The translations under genes and the position numbers were made by a program. Shown here piece after piece: positions 7,391-16,140 of a stretch of 64,000 nt of DNA (within the stretch, counting starts at the first letter, position 1; every line of letters starts with the position of its first letter). The notes under the pieces are model-generated. The model saw only the letters and a program-made list of their open reading frames with translations, was not told the origin of the DNA and ran no database searches. Where the stretch lies: positions 1-64,000 of the IMG/VR virus record IMGVR_UViG_3300003322_000571; one strand, written 5' to 3'.

Positions 7391-7621
7391 ATGAAACTGA
7401 ATGAATTGTTTGACCGCGGCGATCACGAACTTCAACAAAGTGTTGCTAATCGCCAACGCGAACTGAACCAGAAAGATCAGGCCACGAAAGGTATTTGGTG
7501 GGTTGATGGAGCTGGAAAGAAACTAGCTGGTCCTTTTGCTGATCAAGAAAAGGCTGACAGCTTCAAGAAGAATCGTCCTGATCGTGTGCCGAAGGGTGCT
7601 AAGGCGATCACGATTCGTTAA
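7391..7621 (+). CDS. hypothetical late (possibly virion) protein
   Basis: TAAATA upstream; MKLNELF N-terminus. Confidence 0.6.
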   Translation: MKLNELFDRGDHELQQSVANRQRELNQKDQATKGIWWVDGAGKKLAGPFADQEKADSFKKNRPDRVPKGAKAITIR

Positions 7622-7626
7622 ACAAT

Positions 7627-7824
7627 GCGGGATGTAGCTCAGGGGTACTAACCTTGCTGTATTGTGAGTGATCATTAACTTGCAGTAAAGGCGTAGGTAG
7701 ACGTTGCATAGGGTGATGTAGAAATCGAAGTAGCTATCCGCTTTCTCGTCCAATACTTTCAATGTCTGCTTAGAGCGGCCGGTATCTAACCGGAGGGTCG
7801 GGGGTTCGATTCCCTCCAACCGTA
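7627..7824 (+). tRNA. tRNA-Arg(TCT)-like gene with a ~125-nt structured insertion in the D-loop
   Basis: TAGCTCAGGGGTA-[7648-7772]-GAGC; CCGG-TATCTAA-CCGG; T-arm; imperfect acceptor. Confidence 0.6.
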
Positions 7825-7830
7825 CTAACT

Positions 7831-7861
7831 GCCCACATGGCTTAGGTAAATCGGTACAGCC
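7831..7861 (+). pseudogene. remnant 5' end of a tRNA-Leu displaced by an HNH gene
   Basis: Starts GCCCACATGGCT with a D-arm-like segment; same first 6 nt as the tRNA at 8364. Confidence 0.5.
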
Positions 7862-7901
7862 ACCACCTAGTCATAAATATAGCTGTTCCGGGGAAAGCTA
7901 T

Positions 7902-8378
7902 ATGGCAGACAAAATTACCAAAGAGAAGATTGAAGCAGTTGTATCCGATTGCCAATCTTTTAGAGAGTTAACGATCAAACTTGGCCGAGCGCCGTTAGGC
8001 GGAAACATCTCAGAGATGAAACGCAGGTGTATCAAACTGGGAATCGACACGTCCCATATGCTTGGGAAATCTCATGCTAAGGGAAGTACATCTAACAAAA
8101 GACGAACACCCGCTGAGATATTGGTGGAACGTGATCGATTGCAAGGACGTGCACCTATTGAACAGTTACGTAGAGCACTAAAAGAAAGTGGTGTACAGTA
8201 TCAATGTCAAGTATGTTCGTTAAAAGATTGGAACGGTAAGCCGTTAACTTTACACATCGATCACATAGATGGCCAATACTGGAACTGTAGATTGACGAAT
8301 TTGAGGTACATTTGTCCTAATTGTCATTCGCAGACACCCACGTATTGTGGCAAAAACGTTAATGCCCACGTATGCTAA
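7902..8378 (+). CDS. HNH homing endonuclease
   Basis: CQVC...LHIDHIDG...NLRYICPNCHSQT. Confidence 0.9.
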   Translation: MADKITKEKIEAVVSDCQSFRELTIKLGRAPLGGNISEMKRRCIKLGIDTSHMLGKSHAKGSTSNKRRTPAEILVERDRLQGRAPIEQLRRALKESGVQYQCQVCSLKDWNGKPLTLHIDHIDGQYWNCRLTNLRYICPNCHSQTPTYCGKNVNAHVC

Positions 8379-8437
8379 TTGGTAACGCAGATGGATTTAA
8401 AATCCGTTGACTGTCGGTTCGAGTCCGACTGTGGGTA
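8364..8437 (+). tRNA. tRNA-Leu(TAA) with a short variable arm, overlapping the HNH 3' end
   Basis: GCCCACG/TGTGGGT; ATGGA-TTTAAAA-TCCGT. Confidence 0.85.
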
Positions 8438-8456
8438 CATATCATAGGAGACGTAC

Positions 8457-8780
8457 ATGATTAATGCAGATGTTGCAGCGTTTGATGCTGCAGTTGCGGC
8501 TGGGAAGCCGGTTGTTGTTGACTTTTGGGCACCTTGGTGCGGGCCTTGCAAGATGGTCGGTCCGGTGTTTGAAGAAATCGCTGGTGAGCGTTCTGAACAG
8601 GCAACGTTCTTGAAGGTCAACGTTGATGCTGAGCCTGAACTCGCTCAGAAGTTCAAGGTCCGTGGCATTCCGACGATTGTCGTTGCAAAGGACGGTGAGA
8701 CAGTTGCCTCGATTACTGGTGCACAGCCAAAGGCGAAGCTCGATCAGTTCATTGCTCAAAACCTTGGACCTGTTGCTTAA
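8457..8780 (+). CDS. trxA: thioredoxin
   Basis: VVVDFWAPWCGPCK. Confidence 0.95.
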   Translation: MINADVAAFDAAVAAGKPVVVDFWAPWCGPCKMVGPVFEEIAGERSEQATFLKVNVDAEPELAQKFKVRGIPTIVVAKDGETVASITGAQPKAKLDQFIAQNLGPVA

Positions 8781-8837
8781 CAGAATCGAAACAAGGTATA
8801 TTCCTAATTGATCTTAAGGTCATTTTGGGAAAAGCCT

Positions 8838-9011
8838 ATGAAATTCGATTTCGACGAATGGATGGAGCTTGCTCGGAAAAATCCAAATGAATTCGAAAGG
8901 CGGCGCCAAAGAATTCTGAAGGAAGAAGAGTTAGTTCCGTTTGAAGTGCAGTTTGTTGTAGCTGCCGAACAGAACGCTGTTCAACTTGAACTTGCCAAGA
9001 AAACCAAGTAA
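8838..9011 (+). CDS. hypothetical protein (DUF3135-like)
   Basis: FDEWMELARKNPNEFERRR. Confidence 0.55.
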   Translation: MKFDFDEWMELARKNPNEFERRRQRILKEEELVPFEVQFVVAAEQNAVQLELAKKTK

Positions 9012-9061
9012 GAAACGGACACTTCGTCCGTTTCTTTCATTAGACTCGGAGGAATACTTCG

Positions 9062-9883
9062 TTGCGTGCAGATTTGAATAAGCAGTTGTGTGAAGAAGAA
9101 CGACACAACTCAAGCGATTGCTACGGCAATTATCGCCATGATCGTCGGGCGAATGAAAAGTACGACGACATGTACGATCTCGACAACGAAGATCGTGAAG
9201 ACGCTTACCAGATGAGCGGTGCTCGTGAGAGCATGAAGCAGCGATACAAGATGCACTGGCATGAGAAGGAGTTCGGTGAACACTTGAACCCCTTGTACGG
9301 TCAGATCCGAAAGGCTGTTGGTCGCAAGTGGGATGACTTCTACAGTGAACTGTCGAAGGTATTCGATACTCGCTCTGTGATTAACCGTCACATTCTGCTT
9401 CACTTGTACGATCATATCGACGTTGACGGTGTATTCGTTGGTGACGACGGAGAACTGTATAGTCGCAATAAGTACAACCAACAGGCGTACCAGATCGGTG
9501 AAGATACGTCTCAGTACTACGTTGATCCTCGTGACGGAATCATCAAGATTAACCGTAAGTACAAACACTACCGTACACAACGTCGTCAGAGGGATGCTGA
9601 GTACGTCACTGAACAACAAAAAGTTCGACGTGTTGTTGACGATACGACAGAGCTTCACAACTTGAACGGCGTGTGGTTTGAAATCAAATTCCGCGTATTC
9701 AAGCCACAAATCAACGTCGTGTGGAAGAACATGACTGGTCCTGGCTATCGATATGCGTACAACGAATACGTGTATCCGTATTTGTACGATGTCCTCAAGA
9801 AGGAAACCGTGTCTTCCAATAAGGTTGCTGTTTCAAAACGTACCCTATCTCATAAAGAGTTGAAGAAACACGGTTTGGTTTGA
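9062..9883 (+). CDS. conserved-type hypothetical protein
   Basis: VGRKWDDFYSEL...YYVDPRDGII. Confidence 0.75.
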   Translation: MRADLNKQLCEEERHNSSDCYGNYRHDRRANEKYDDMYDLDNEDREDAYQMSGARESMKQRYKMHWHEKEFGEHLNPLYGQIRKAVGRKWDDFYSELSKVFDTRSVINRHILLHLYDHIDVDGVFVGDDGELYSRNKYNQQAYQIGEDTSQYYVDPRDGIIKINRKYKHYRTQRRQRDAEYVTEQQKVRRVVDDTTELHNLNGVWFEIKFRVFKPQINVVWKNMTGPGYRYAYNEYVYPYLYDVLKKETVSSNKVAVSKRTLSHKELKKHGLV

Positions 9884-9889
9884 TAAGAT

Positions 9890-9961
9890 ACCTCTTTAGT
9901 TCAGTGGAAAGAACGCGGTCTTCCGAAGTCCGAGGCACAAGTTCGATTCTTGTAAGAGGTA
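9890..9961 (+). tRNA. tRNA-Arg(CCG)
   Basis: ACCTCTT/AAGAGGT; loop TT-CCG-AA. Confidence 0.9.
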
Positions 9962-9965
9962 CAAA

Positions 9966-10196
9966 ATGGCATGTCAAAAATGTGGTAGTACTCGCGTCAT
10001 GAGCTTTAGTGGGAAGTGCAGTGACTGTTTTGGCGGGAGTATCGGATCGAAAGATTTCGATGGATATGTTCCCCATGACATGGGAATTGGTGGCGGTGAC
10101 TACGTCGAGGGCAAATTGTGCCTCGACTGTGGTCAGATGCAAGGTGAGTGGCCACTGCCGTTGTCGGAGATTGAATCCCCTGACGAAGACGAGTAA
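9966..10196 (+). CDS. small Cys-rich protein
   Basis: Three CxxC pairs. Confidence 0.7.
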   Translation: MACQKCGSTRVMSFSGKCSDCFGGSIGSKDFDGYVPHDMGIGGGDYVEGKLCLDCGQMQGEWPLPLSEIESPDEDE

Positions 10197-10203
10197 ATAA
10201 CAT

Positions 10204-10278
10204 ACCGCCTTAGTACAGTGGAAAGTACGAGGTCCTCCTAAGACTTAGACACAGGTTCGATTCCTGTAGGCGGTACCA
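10204..10278 (+). tRNA. tRNA-Arg(CCT)
   Basis: Loop CT-CCT-AA; CCA. Confidence 0.9.
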
Positions 10279-10280
10279 AG

Positions 10281-10310
10281 TTGACACACTAAGGGTAAGC
10301 GATATATACT
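10281..10310 (+). promoter_or_regulatory. sigma70-type promoter
   Basis: TTGACA-N18-TATACT. Confidence 0.65.
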
Positions 10311-10323
10311 TTGCTTATCAGTC

Positions 10324-10397
10324 GCCCCGTTAGCATGAAGGTCGTGCAGTTGCCTTGTAAGCATCAGGTGATGGTTCGATTCCGTCACGGGGCACCA
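10324..10397 (+). tRNA. tRNA-Thr(TGT)
   Basis: Loop CT-TGT-AA; CCA. Confidence 0.9.
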
Positions 10398-10416
10398 CTA
10401 TAATTCCAGGTGACAT

Positions 10417-11076
10417 ATGCCTGCACCCATCACAGACGTTATCTTCGTTGACGTCGACGGCCCAATGATTCCTCAACGGGCTGCATATCTCCCCTTCCAA
10501 TCCAAACGTTACGATGCATTCGATCCTTGTGCATCGTCGCTGCTGCTTCGTCTAATTGAAGACGCACAAGAAGCTGACCGTGTGATCAAGATCGTTGTGT
10601 CTAGCACGTGGCGAAAGCTTGGACGTGCTGCTTGCGATCAACTGTTTGAACAGAATGGAATTGATCCGTCGCATTTCCATGATGACTGGGCTACACCGAC
10701 AAAAATGTCGGCAACACGGACAGACGAAATTCTGTTGTGGCTGCGAGATCATCCAGAAGTGACAACATGGGTTGCACTCGATGATGAACACCTTAGCTGG
10801 GAACATCTGCCGAACGCAATTCAATGCGACTTGTATGATGGTTTCACGTGGCGAAACTACATCGAGTGTCGACTGCTTCTCAATCTTGATGACCCTTCAG
10901 CTCCGTTGAATCAACCATACAACCGTGAGAAATTGGCGTCTCAAGTTGATTTCTTCAAACGTCGTGAGATCACTAGGACGAAACGACGTAGTGAGCCAGG
11001 CTATTATCAGCTGTCTCAGTTTGCCGAACAAGTGTTTCCAATCGTGCGACCTGCACAAGATAAGGACGAGCAATGA
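10417..11076 (+). CDS. HAD-domain protein (Swiss-Army-knife RNA-repair type)
   Basis: IFVDVDG, IVVSSTWR, WVALDD. Confidence 0.8.
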   Translation: MPAPITDVIFVDVDGPMIPQRAAYLPFQSKRYDAFDPCASSLLLRLIEDAQEADRVIKIVVSSTWRKLGRAACDQLFEQNGIDPSHFHDDWATPTKMSATRTDEILLWLRDHPEVTTWVALDDEHLSWEHLPNAIQCDLYDGFTWRNYIECRLLLNLDDPSAPLNQPYNREKLASQVDFFKRREITRTKRRSEPGYYQLSQFAEQVFPIVRPAQDKDEQ

Positions 11077-11576
11077 TCAAGTATGTCGAGTGCCCTGAAT
11101 ACCATCTGGAATCGAAGATTTCGGAGTATACGGTGTTCCTGGCTGGTGGGATTTCGAACTGCCACAATTGGCAGGCTGACATCGTTGATATGTTCGAGGA
11201 CACGTACAAGCCTGAAGACTACGACCTCGATCTGATTCTGATCAATCCTCGTCGTGCCAACTTTGATATTGAAGATCCGGACATGAGCCGTGAACAGATC
11301 GAATGGGAGTTCGAGCATCTTCATGCTGTTGACCTGACACTGTTCTGGTTCCCTCCGGAGACGCTGTGCCCGATCACTCTGTTCGAGCTTGGAGCGGCTG
11401 CGTCTGATCCTAATCGTCAGATCGTCGTTGGTTGTCATCCTGACTATGCACGCAAGTTTGATGTTGAAGTCCAACTTGCGTTACAACGTCCTGGAGCGAA
11501 GGTTGTTGTCCATACCTCGCTTGATGGACTGGTCAAGGAAGTCAACGACACACTGCATCTGTTGAACAATTTTTGA
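11073..11576 (+). CDS. nucleoside 2-deoxyribosyltransferase-like protein
   Basis: VFLAGGI, NPRR, QIEWE, PITLFELG. Confidence 0.85.
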   Translation: MIKYVECPEYHLESKISEYTVFLAGGISNCHNWQADIVDMFEDTYKPEDYDLDLILINPRRANFDIEDPDMSREQIEWEFEHLHAVDLTLFWFPPETLCPITLFELGAAASDPNRQIVVGCHPDYARKFDVEVQLALQRPGAKVVVHTSLDGLVKEVNDTLHLLNNF

Positions 11577-11988
11577 GTAAGGTCTAGTCTACCGCTAGCG
11601 AAAGCTAGAGGAAGTTCGGGGCTGCAAAGAGCAAAGGGTGATCGCTCTGTGGGAGGTCTCGTGTGCGTTTAGGACGCCCTTGCGAGTATCGGACAACCGG
11701 GTTGGTGGGAAGACTTGATGGCGTTAGCCTTGGAAATCTCATCATTAGGCACGTATGACCGCTTGTACCACAACGATTCTGCAGCAAGCCAAACAGTTCT
11801 CGATGACTCTGCTCGACGAGGGAACGGGTTGGTGCACCTATGACCTGGTTTGAAAGCCAGCGAGGATAGGATGGTCATGATGGAAATATCCGCGTAACTG
11901 CAGTGAACACTCCGCATGATTGCCTATAGATGAATGGTAGACACAGTGATTTACGTCACTGCACATAACCCCGGCTATTGACCTTACT
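11576..11988 (+). ncRNA. rnpB: RNase P RNA
   Basis: P1 AGTAAGGTC/GACCTTACT; CR-I-like GAGGAAGTTCGGGGCT pairing with CR-V-like ACATAACCCCGGCTA; AGATGAATG. Confidence 0.85.
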
Positions 11989-12350
11989 CAACTTCTACTA
12001 GCCTTAAGATACTGGACAGCGTTCAACAAAATCTGTTCATTATCTTTGGCTAATCCAAGCAGCAGGTTGCATTCGCGGCAAAGGATACCACGAATGTTGC
12101 CCGTTGTATGGCAGTGATCAACTGCATACGTAGACGGATAGTTTGGATCAAGTGCCTTACAACAGATTCCGCACATGCACGACTGAGCAACAGTCATCTG
12201 TTGCTTCTCGTCCAGTGTGATTCCGTATGTTCGAACTAGATGGTCATTAGGTGAAACCTTGACCTTTGGCTTGAACTTGAGAGGTGCAGGTTCCCCGTCA
12301 AGCAGATGGTCTAGTTCTCGATCTTCCTTACGTCGCTTGTAAATACTCAT
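11988..12350 (-). CDS. endonuclease VII-family endonuclease
   Basis: CGIC...VDHCHTTGNIRGILCRECN. Confidence 0.9.
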   Translation of the reverse strand: MSIYKRRKEDRELDHLLDGEPAPLKFKPKVKVSPNDHLVRTYGITLDEKQQMTVAQSCMCGICCKALDPNYPSTYAVDHCHTTGNIRGILCRECNLLLGLAKDNEQILLNAVQYLKASRS

Positions 12351-12386
12351 GCACGTATTTAACGTAGCAATCTAAGGAGATACATT

Positions 12387-12503
12387 ATGGACTTTCTTAT
12401 TGGTGCTATTGCTGGTCTTGCTGTCGGCGCTTGGTTCTCAGAGCCAACGAAGAAGTATCTGACCAAAGCTTGGGATTGGATTAAGGGTTTCTTCACCCCC
12501 TAA
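12387..12503 (+). CDS. small membrane protein
   Basis: AAGGAG RBS; MDFLIGAIAGLAVGAWF. Confidence 0.6.
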   Translation: MDFLIGAIAGLAVGAWFSEPTKKYLTKAWDWIKGFFTP

Positions 12504-12682
12504 AGCAGACGAGTAATGTCTAAGTAACGACTAGCGTTACTAAATAACCATGTTGACAATGAGAGCGGGTTGCTCATATCATTGTCAACATGTAGTAAAC
12601 AGAGCTTAACTGTACAAAAAGCAATCAACTACAACCAACCAGATAGACTGGTTGCGTACTATTCGCAAAGGAGTTTTGCACC

Positions 12683-14170
12683 ATGAATATTCGTCAATCC
12701 GAAGACATCATCCGTCGCCGCGCTGAACTGTGGGCTGAGCTGGAAGCTCTGGAAGATCCCCGCACAATCACGTCGCTTGCCGACAACCCCATCCTCGATA
12801 CTGACAGCTACAAGCTGTGCCACCAGGCAATGTACAACATTCTTGGTGTGACCAAGTCGTTCTCGTACATCGAGCCTCGAATTCACGACAAGACGATGTT
12901 CTTCGCAGGCCTTCAGATGTATCTGAAGCGTATGAAGCCGATCACGCACAAGATGGTTGATCAGGCGAAGGAATTCTTCGGCAAGCACATCATCGGTGGT
13001 GCTGAGATGTTCCCGGAAGCTGACTGGCGCCGTGTCGTCGATGAATTCGGTGGTTATCCTCCGATCAAGATTCGTGCACTGCCGGAAGGTACTGTGATCA
13101 AGTCGCGTAACGCGCTGGTCACGATCGAATGTGACGTTCCTGGCCTCAGCTGGCTCGCTGCGTACTACGAAACTGCGATCCTTCGCGCTGTGTGGTATCC
13201 GACGACCGTCGCTTCGAAGAGCTACGACATTCGTCAAATGCTTCGCAAGTTCGCTGAACAGACGAGCGATCTGTCTGTCGAAGAAGTCGTCATGTTCATG
13301 TACCATGACTTCGGTGCGCGTGGTGTGTCGAGTTTCGAATCTGCCGGCCTCGGTGGCGCAGCCCACATTCTTGCAGGGTCGTGGGGTACTGACACGATCA
13401 CAGGTGCGATCTTCGCCAACGAACTGTACGGCTCTGACATGAGCGCGTTCAGTGTGTTTGCTACGGAACACAGCATCATGACGATGCGTGGCCGTGAAGG
13501 TGAACTGCAGACGGTTCGTGACATCATCAAGACGTACAACAAGGGTCCTGGGACGATCGTGTCGATCGTTTCTGACGGGTACGACATCTTCAATCTTGCT
13601 GACCATTACTGCACGACGCTGAAGCAGGAAATCATCGACGCAGGTATTCGCCTTGTTGTTCGTCCTGACTCTGGTGATGCTGTTGACGTAATCTGCAAGC
13701 TGCTGCTGAAGTTCGAAGCAGCTTACGGCGTGACGGTCAACAGCAAGGGATACAAGGTGTTGAACACCGTTCGTATCCTGCAAGGTGACGGCCTGTCGAC
13801 GGTCGAAGATTTCGCCAAGATCGTTGGTGCGGTCATCGCTCTGGGATTCGGCATTGAGAACCTCGTGTTCGGTATGGGTGGTGGTCTCTTGCAGATCGTC
13901 AACCGTGACCTGTACAAGTTTGCGATGAAGACTTGTGCTGCGGAAGTCAACGGTCAGTGGATCGATGTGTTCAAGGATCCTGTTACTGACCAAGGAAAGC
14001 GCTCGAAGAAGGGTCGTCTGACGGTCGTCAAGCGCAACGATGAAGCGATCACCGTTCGCTTGGAAGAAGTACTGCCGACTGATGTCGAACTGATGCAAGA
14101 CGTGTGGTATGCCGGTACTCTGTACAAGAGCTACAACGTCGAACAGGTTCGTGCAAACAGCCGTGCATAA
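12683..14170 (+). CDS. nadV: nicotinamide phosphoribosyltransferase
   Basis: DTDSYK, HDFGARG, ATEHS, RPDSGD, QGDG, FGMGG, FAMK motifs. Confidence 0.95.
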   Translation: MNIRQSEDIIRRRAELWAELEALEDPRTITSLADNPILDTDSYKLCHQAMYNILGVTKSFSYIEPRIHDKTMFFAGLQMYLKRMKPITHKMVDQAKEFFGKHIIGGAEMFPEADWRRVVDEFGGYPPIKIRALPEGTVIKSRNALVTIECDVPGLSWLAAYYETAILRAVWYPTTVASKSYDIRQMLRKFAEQTSDLSVEEVVMFMYHDFGARGVSSFESAGLGGAAHILAGSWGTDTITGAIFANELYGSDMSAFSVFATEHSIMTMRGREGELQTVRDIIKTYNKGPGTIVSIVSDGYDIFNLADHYCTTLKQEIIDAGIRLVVRPDSGDAVDVICKLLLKFEAAYGVTVNSKGYKVLNTVRILQGDGLSTVEDFAKIVGAVIALGFGIENLVFGMGGGLLQIVNRDLYKFAMKTCAAEVNGQWIDVFKDPVTDQGKRSKKGRLTVVKRNDEAITVRLEEVLPTDVELMQDVWYAGTLYKSYNVEQVRANSRA

Positions 14171-14241
14171 AGTTGCCCACTTCCAGGGTAACCTAGAATA
14201 TAGAGGGGTCAAAAGACCCCTCTTTTTATTTGGAGAATCAA

Positions 14242-14481
14242 ATGGATATTTTCAACAAGCTGACTGCTCACCTGGACGTTGAACAGCTCCGTGAATTGGT
14301 CAAAGCTGCTGCTGAGAAAGAGTCTGACCGTCCCGTCGAATCGATCACTTTTAATGTCGAGAGTCGCTGTGAGGGATACGGAATGAATGAACGAATGGTT
14401 CAAGTGTTCACCGGTGCAACGATCGTGTTTGGTAAACAAACAGAGCAGTCGGTCACTTTTACTCGTGTTCAGAAGAAATGA
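14242..14481 (+). CDS. hypothetical protein
   Basis: GGAG RBS. Confidence 0.6.
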   Translation: MDIFNKLTAHLDVEQLRELVKAAAEKESDRPVESITFNVESRCEGYGMNERMVQVFTGATIVFGKQTEQSVTFTRVQKK

Positions 14482-14563
14482 CCAAATAAATGAACTGTTG
14501 TTAACCTAATTATTTTAGGTTACTATGTTCTACCTTTAATTGCTCTTTAGGAGGAGGTTTTTT

Positions 14564-15220
14564 ATGAAGGCTTTGATTTCTCTTGCGCTCGCACTGGCGG
14601 CAAGCACAGCAGCTGTTGCTGCACCGGTCACTTCGAACGTGACCGTTGACGGTTTCGCGTACGGTTCTCGTTCTGTCGAATATGACACGAACAAGGCTGA
14701 CGGGCTTGCAGCGGCTGGTGGGTTCAACATCACGTCCGGCAACCAGTCGTTCCTGGCGTACTGCATCGAACTGACGCAAAATACGTACTTCGGTGCGATC
14801 AATACGTACACGTCGCTTTCGCCGTCGTCGTACTTCAGCAGCTCGAAGGTGTCGACTGATCTCGGTCGCCTGTTCGGTACGTTCGGCTCGTCGATTAACA
14901 CGACCGACGAGTCTGCTGCTTTCCAGATGGCAGTCTGGGAAATTGTGTACGAGAACGGCAATGGCAACAACAAGTACGATGTGACGAAGGGGTCTGCGCA
15001 GTTCAACAGCTTCTCCGCTGTTGAGACGCAAGCGAACTACTACCTGTCGCATCTCGGCAACACGTCGTCTTCGCTGACCGTGTTCTCGAACGGTAAATAC
15101 CAGGATCTGATCGCCGCCGTCGTGCCGACCAGCCCGGTTCCGGAACCTTCGTCGATCGCTTTGATCGGCGCTGGTCTCGCTGCTCTCGGCTTCGTTGCCC
15201 GCCGTAAGAAGGCAAACTAA
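14564..15220 (+). CDS. PEP-CTERM sorting-domain secreted protein
   Basis: Signal peptide; AYCIEL, AAFQMAVWEI; C-terminal VPEPSSIALIGAGLAALGFVARRK. Confidence 0.92.
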   Translation: MKALISLALALAASTAAVAAPVTSNVTVDGFAYGSRSVEYDTNKADGLAAAGGFNITSGNQSFLAYCIELTQNTYFGAINTYTSLSPSSYFSSSKVSTDLGRLFGTFGSSINTTDESAAFQMAVWEIVYENGNGNNKYDVTKGSAQFNSFSAVETQANYYLSHLGNTSSSLTVFSNGKYQDLIAAVVPTSPVPEPSSIALIGAGLAALGFVARRKKAN

Positions 15221-15247
15221 GTCTGACCTCAACAAGTAGGAGTGTAT

Positions 15248-16069
15248 ATGTACAAGTGCATGTTTGCGTTTGTCGCTCTGATCTTCAGTGCGTCGACGTT
15301 TGCTGCTGCACCGCAGGTCGTTCCTACTTGTTCGTGGGATCAACCTGGACAAAACCGCTTCACCGGTAACGTCATTGCAGCAGTCGACAACTACAAGGAC
15401 ATCCCTGTAGAGACGCGCGAAAAGCTCAAAAAGCGGCTCGCCAATCCAAAGAATTACGACGACAACGTCGTAATCAAGCGTAACGGAATCGTAGGCTCTA
15501 AGCAATACGATTCTGAACTGTCGCAGATGCATTTCGGTGCAAACAAAGTGTGCCAATCGGTCACACGTGACAAGTGGAAGGAAGACCAAGAAGAACGCGG
15601 TCTTGTGTTCTGTGAAGATGGTTACTGCGTCGTGTTGCCGACTGTATGTGGCAATTTGTCGCGTGTCAATCGTCGTGGATCACTTGGCGGTGGAGCTCCT
15701 GGTGAACACGGTGGTGCCCCGTACGAAGAACTTGCTTACATGCCAGCTCTTCCACCGGAATTGACAACGTTTGCAAATCCGCAAGATCCGTTCGAACCTT
15801 TGCCGGTGTTGAATCCACCACTCCTGCCAACTGATCCATTGTTTGGACCAGGACCTGGAGGTGGTTGGAATGGTGGCTGGTACAATCCACCGGCTGTTGT
15901 GTTCTTCCCGCCGGTCATCTTGCCGCCTGGTAAACCACCGTTCGTTGGACCACCAACTCCACCTGTGATCAATCCACCGACTACACCAGTTCCTGAGCCT
16001 GAAACCTGGGCACTGATGATTATCGGAATCGTAGCACTCGTAGCTGCGAAGAAACTGAAGGGCCGCTAA
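15248..16069 (+). CDS. MHFG-family PEP-CTERM protein
   Basis: CSWDQPG, MHFG, ERGLVFC, PTVCGNLSR; C-terminal VPEPETWALMIIG. Confidence 0.88.
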   Translation: MYKCMFAFVALIFSASTFAAAPQVVPTCSWDQPGQNRFTGNVIAAVDNYKDIPVETREKLKKRLANPKNYDDNVVIKRNGIVGSKQYDSELSQMHFGANKVCQSVTRDKWKEDQEERGLVFCEDGYCVVLPTVCGNLSRVNRRGSLGGGAPGEHGGAPYEELAYMPALPPELTTFANPQDPFEPLPVLNPPLLPTDPLFGPGPGGGWNGGWYNPPAVVFFPPVILPPGKPPFVGPPTPPVINPPTTPVPEPETWALMIIGIVALVAAKKLKGR

Positions 16070-16140
16070 GGCCCTTTTTCTTTGCTTGTTGAATTGAATT
16101 ACGGGTCATTCTATACTGGACGTTACTTTCTGGAGATTCC

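Noticed and set aside
11605-11917. Short minus-strand ORFs
   Set aside because: They lie inside the RNase P RNA.
12659-14212. 517-aa minus-strand ORF, and similar antisense ORFs at 1834, 14510, 23398, 28373 and 43937
   Set aside because: Antisense shadows of well-supported plus-strand genes with biased codon usage; no recognisable motifs.
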